A stretch of 64,000 bases of DNA from Ranitomeya imitator (lineage: Eukaryota): assembly GCF_032444005.1 (NCBI RefSeq), contig NC_091285.1, forward strand, positions 517,576,001-517,640,000. Direction: 5' to 3'. The notes beneath the pieces are model-generated. The model ran no database searches. It had not been told where the DNA came from and was given only the letters and a program-made list of their open reading frames with translations. This document shows positions 59,834 to 64,000 of this stretch, piece after piece. A program made the translations under genes and the position numbers. Position 1 is the stretch's first letter. Each line of letters starts with the position of its first letter.

Positions 59834-60951
59834 TGCAGCGCCCCAGGGTCCTAGTCGTTGCAGTAATGTCATTCTTCCACCAGGGGGAGTGATGTTACAT
59901 CTGAAGGCAATAAAGGAGATCTCTTTACCAAGTATCACAAACCACACAACACACTTCACACTCCAGTCCACCAAGGGGAGCTATGCTCCTATCTAGTAGG
60001 GCACTCCTCACAGTTAGGTAAAACTGGTGGCTTGGATAGGAAGTTAGGCAGAATCTGACTAGGCTTCACCCAAGCAGCACCTGTCAGGCAGGCAGGGGAA
60101 AGGAGGAACATCAAACAGCTGCAGACAGAGAGGTCCCTGACAGGGGTGGGATCCTGTCAGAGAACTAGCCAGAGGATTACGGAGCTTTGCCTGCCCCATG
60201 TGCGGCAGCATCCTAAGAAAGGACACAAAGAGAATTGCGTTGCTGAAAGTGAGAAACGAAGTCATAGCACAAGGAGAGGAATCCAGAGGGAGTTCTGCCC
60301 TGCAATAGGCTGCTTCCCTCTGAAGCGCAGAAGCTGGTAGCCAGAACACCGACGGAGTAAGGAACTCTATGCTTTACTTCAGAGACTGGCATGACAGTTA
60401 ATTCCACGTTAGCTTCCCGACCTTACACCCAGGAGGCACGGTGGCAACTTGTGGGGGCTGGGGCATCGTAGGGTCCCTGTAAAAAGCCTCAGGACATGAG
60501 TCATATGGGTTTGTCCTATCCATACCATCTGGGGGACAGAGAGAGAGAGAAAGAGACATAACATCGAGAACACCAACATCAGTTGTGAGGACCTCACCGA
60601 GAAGCTCAGCAGGGAGGTACTACAACACTCAGGCGCTAGAGGAAGGCTACTGATTTCCACCTGGATAAGGGGACTCTGGAGTTGCCTTCAGACTTGGGGA
60701 CACACTTCACCTGTGGGAAGGTATACCATCTAGCTGCCATAACATCACCCCAGCAGACCCCTAAGCAGCGGCGGTCACCCCAAACGAATACCACAGGTGG
60801 TGTCACAAACATTATCCTATAAACTTTCATCCTTTTATTGGACGCCCCTCAAAGGGCCACGGACCGGGTCAGGCCACCGTGACATCCCTGATGAGAATCG
60901 GAGGGCCCGGCTCCGAGTACCCCATTGCCCTACACGGGGGGGGGCGATCCA
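59834..60951 (+). mobile_element. Solo LTR (1,118 bp)
   Basis: TG...CA ends with inverted termini TGCAGCGCCCC / GGGGCGATCCA, 4-bp TSD CATA (59830-33, 60952-55), no internal ORFs. Confidence 0.75.
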
Positions 60952-62301
60952 CATATTTCAACAGAAGAAAGTGCCACTCAAGCACCACTCTAGTGAGTGT
61001 TATTGTAGCATTGGAATGGTGCTACTAATTCACGGTCCATGCCCCCAGTCTTACACTTACCAGCCGTCATCTTCATCTAGTCTCTGCACACCTCTGGTCG
61101 CTCTCCAACACTTTATAACCTGCCAGATCGCTCCAGTGCTTGCTGGTGAATGGGAATCCTGAAGTCTCACAAGTTCACAACTCAATGTAAGTTTATGTGA
61201 GCTAGCATGAGACCAGAATGAGGCTCTCATAGACTTACACTGAGAGTTTGTAACTGTTACCTATGACATCTGTTACCTGATGCCAGGAACACCTGAAGAC
61301 GGCGGCAGATAAGTATAACACTAGGCTTATGCAATTTAGATTATAAGTAATACTCCAGAACTTAAAATAAAGAGAAAAACAATGCTGGAGTGGTGCTTTA
61401 AAAACTTATAATATGTTTATTGAAGTACCTTGCATGACGTGGGCATGGGTCTAAACACCTATCAATACAGCCCCAGTATATTATGAAAATACATTTTCCT
61501 TACTATCACCGTCTTTTCTAACTACCGTATATACAATCAATGCATTTCTGTAAACTGGTCTGACCAGCCGACATGTTGTAGCACTCGTTCATTATAACAA
61601 ACCTACTGGAAAGTTTTATTTTCTTTTTTTATAATTTTTTTTTGGGGGACCACAAAAAATGACACAGTGTCCTGTTGAAAGAAACTATACTCATTTTATC
61701 AGTGCACAGAATTGCTGAAAGACATCCATGTACATGGCTGTGTTCACATTTTCACAAACAATATTGTACCTTCAATCCTTATGCCCATAGCCATGCCTCA
61801 AATACCAAATTTTGGATTGGCTGTTGGTATGTCTCAAATTAATTTTCTTTGTGTCAGTATCTATGGTTCAGAGAATTCATTTACCAGGTTAGAAGGAATT
61901 GGGATTCTCATAACACTTTCATAGGTGTCTGTAAAACTGATGGGTGTTTTTTTTTTTGCTAACGCAACAGATTCTGTGTTATGCCACTTCCACACCAAAC
62001 CAAACCATGTATACTGCATTTGCTAAAAGAAGAGTCTCGAAATTGACCAATAAAACTGTCCTAGGCTTCTGGGAATGAGCCTATTTGTCCATAAACCTCC
62101 ACTATAACAATTTTTTGCTGTATCGAATATGAACAATTAAAAAAATTCATTCATTACTAAAAAGAGAATCACTGTTACAAAGAAGTTTATGATGGGCATT
62201 ACTCATTTCTTATGCTACTATATGATGTGGATTGGGGTGGGCTCCTCAGGATACAGCGAAGCCATGGATAGTAAACACTAGACTTGCCAAAAGAACTTTT
62301 A

Positions 62302-62496
62302 GGGCCCATACGCACATGCGAGAAACTCAGAAGAGTCTTGCACGTCAATACCCGGCACTGCACCCAGCACTCAGGAGCGGAGCGTGCGGCTGCATGTATT
62401 ACTATGTGGCCGCACGCTCTGATCTGAGTGCCGGGTGCAGTGATGGGTATTGACATGCGAGACTCTTCCGAGTTTCTCGCATGTGATTATGAGCCC
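62302..62496. mobile_element. Palindromic Harbinger-type MITE
   Basis: Near full-length hairpin (GGGCCCATACGCACATGCGAGAAACTC / GAGTTTCTCGCATGTGATTATGAGCCC), flanks TTA / TAA. Confidence 0.75.
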
Positions 62497-63497
62497 TAAC
62501 TGTTAAACTCAGACTGAGTGTGTTTCCAGCAACAAACAAAATGTAACAGATTAATTCACACACACGCAGTCTGAACTGACTGGGACCACGGTACTGCGTC
62601 AGGCAGGGAAAAGTTGTCTATATTACTACAATTTACCTAGCCGTGCATCTGCCTAGTGTAGCTATCAAACATTTACCTGGAAAACTGGAACAATAAAATG
62701 AATGCCAGGGATAGCTTATTGATGATGCAGCACAGCAGCTTACTAACTTAACAAAATGATTCTAAATCCACTAAGTAGAACCCAGTTATCAAATTATACA
62801 TCGTCATGTTCACTTTATCAACCATGTGAGTGCAATGATCAGCTCCTCGGAACCCTTCTGTATACTTCAATAGATTCCCCTTTAATGAAGTCTCGTGACA
62901 CCGCGGGTCAGAGGTAATGAGTTTCTACTCTATGCTCCTTGCCCTGTAATCCTCCTATTGATTCACTTTTTGGCCTTCCTATTTTACTAATGAACTACTT
63001 GACATACATGTGAACTTTCACTCGTTAATATGGGTATATTTGTGAAACTCTACTTATTATTACGAGCAGTTCGGCTCATTTTATGTGCCTCTGACCTGTG
63101 GTTCCATTCATTTGGTGACTTTCATGGTCTGTTTACCCCTTTTCTTGCTCTCTACTTTTTACTTCAAATAAAATAATGTTTTAATATTTTTTGCTAATAA
63201 CCATACTTTTTATCTTATCTTGGTTCTTGATGTGTATTTTTCTCTATATGATTTATCACCTTTAATTCTGTAGTCTTTGTAAATCACTAGTGGTTCAGCA
63301 GTATATTAGTGTAATAAAACTTGGCACTCAACTTCAATGATCAAAATATATAATGTGGTCCACGGTTAGTACATCACTTTTGTCATAATGACAACCCAAA
63401 ACATTCAAATGACCCTGATCAAAAGTTCACATATACTGGTGATTTGGGCCTGATAACATGCACAGAAGTTGACACAAATGGATTTGAATGGCTACTA

Positions 63498-64000
63498 AAG
63501 TGGCCATCATATACTGACCTCCAGGCCCGGCCACTGCCTTTATTGACCAATTCTCCACCTGGCTTCTTCACTTTCTCTCTGCTGACATTCCCACCATCAT
63601 CATGGGTGACTTCAACATTTCCACTGATACCCCCTCAGTCAACAGCCTCCAAACTTCTGTCCTTACTTCATCTTTTGGACTTACTCAGTGGTCCTCCGCA
63701 GACACCCACACAGACGGACATACCCTAGACCTGGTCTTCACCCATCTCTGCTCTCTATCTAACTTCACCACCTCCCCTCTCCCTCTATCCGACCACCATC
63801 TGCTCACTTTCTCATCCCTGTCCTCCTCACCGGTCACCCATGTCCAGCAACATGTGCACCCCCGCAGAAATCTTTCACACCTAGACTCCCATACACTCTC
63901 TGACTCTATCCTACCACTGGCATCCATATCCTCACTCCACGATACAGACACTGCCACTGCTTTCTACAATGCCACTCTCGCATCAGCTATTGACACTGTC
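63498..64000 (+). pseudogene. L2/CR1-type LINE ORF2, apurinic endonuclease domain fragment (runs off window)
   Basis: Translates to IY*PPGP...IIMGDFNI...THTDGHTLDLVF...LPLSDHHLL, APE-domain motifs with a stop. Confidence 0.85.

Overview
Repeat-saturated vertebrate genomic DNA, most likely from a frog. That assignment is inferred from the TE families present (TTAA-flanked piggyBac/T2-type and TWA-flanked Harbinger-type MITEs, Tc1 fossils, sushi-type chromoviral LTR elements). No complete host gene, RNA gene or CRISPR array is supported. The centre is one decayed L1-clade LINE (~21.7-50.3 kb) split by three insertions: (1) a 1,072-bp non-coding element with a hammerhead-like core and a 15-bp TSD; (2) a Ty3/gypsy chromovirus (24104-35964) that contains a second, nearly intact chromovirus (27352-33087) and a Harbinger MITE; (3) a 12.5-kb hAT DNA transposon (36409-48932, perfect 8-bp TSD). 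The hAT has an intact 1187-aa BED-finger transposase, three internal tandem arrays, an exon-like cassette and a long hairpin. Both LTR elements lack an obvious tRNA PBS and instead have a PBS complementary to their own predicted transcript start (Tf1-type self-priming), with different sequences in each element. Two non-autonomous DNA elements carry telomere-like (TTAGGG)n arrays. A few isolated + strand exon candidates suggest the window is intronic to an unidentified host gene. There is a 142-N assembly gap at 52882-53023. No database searches were run, and family names come from motif recognition.
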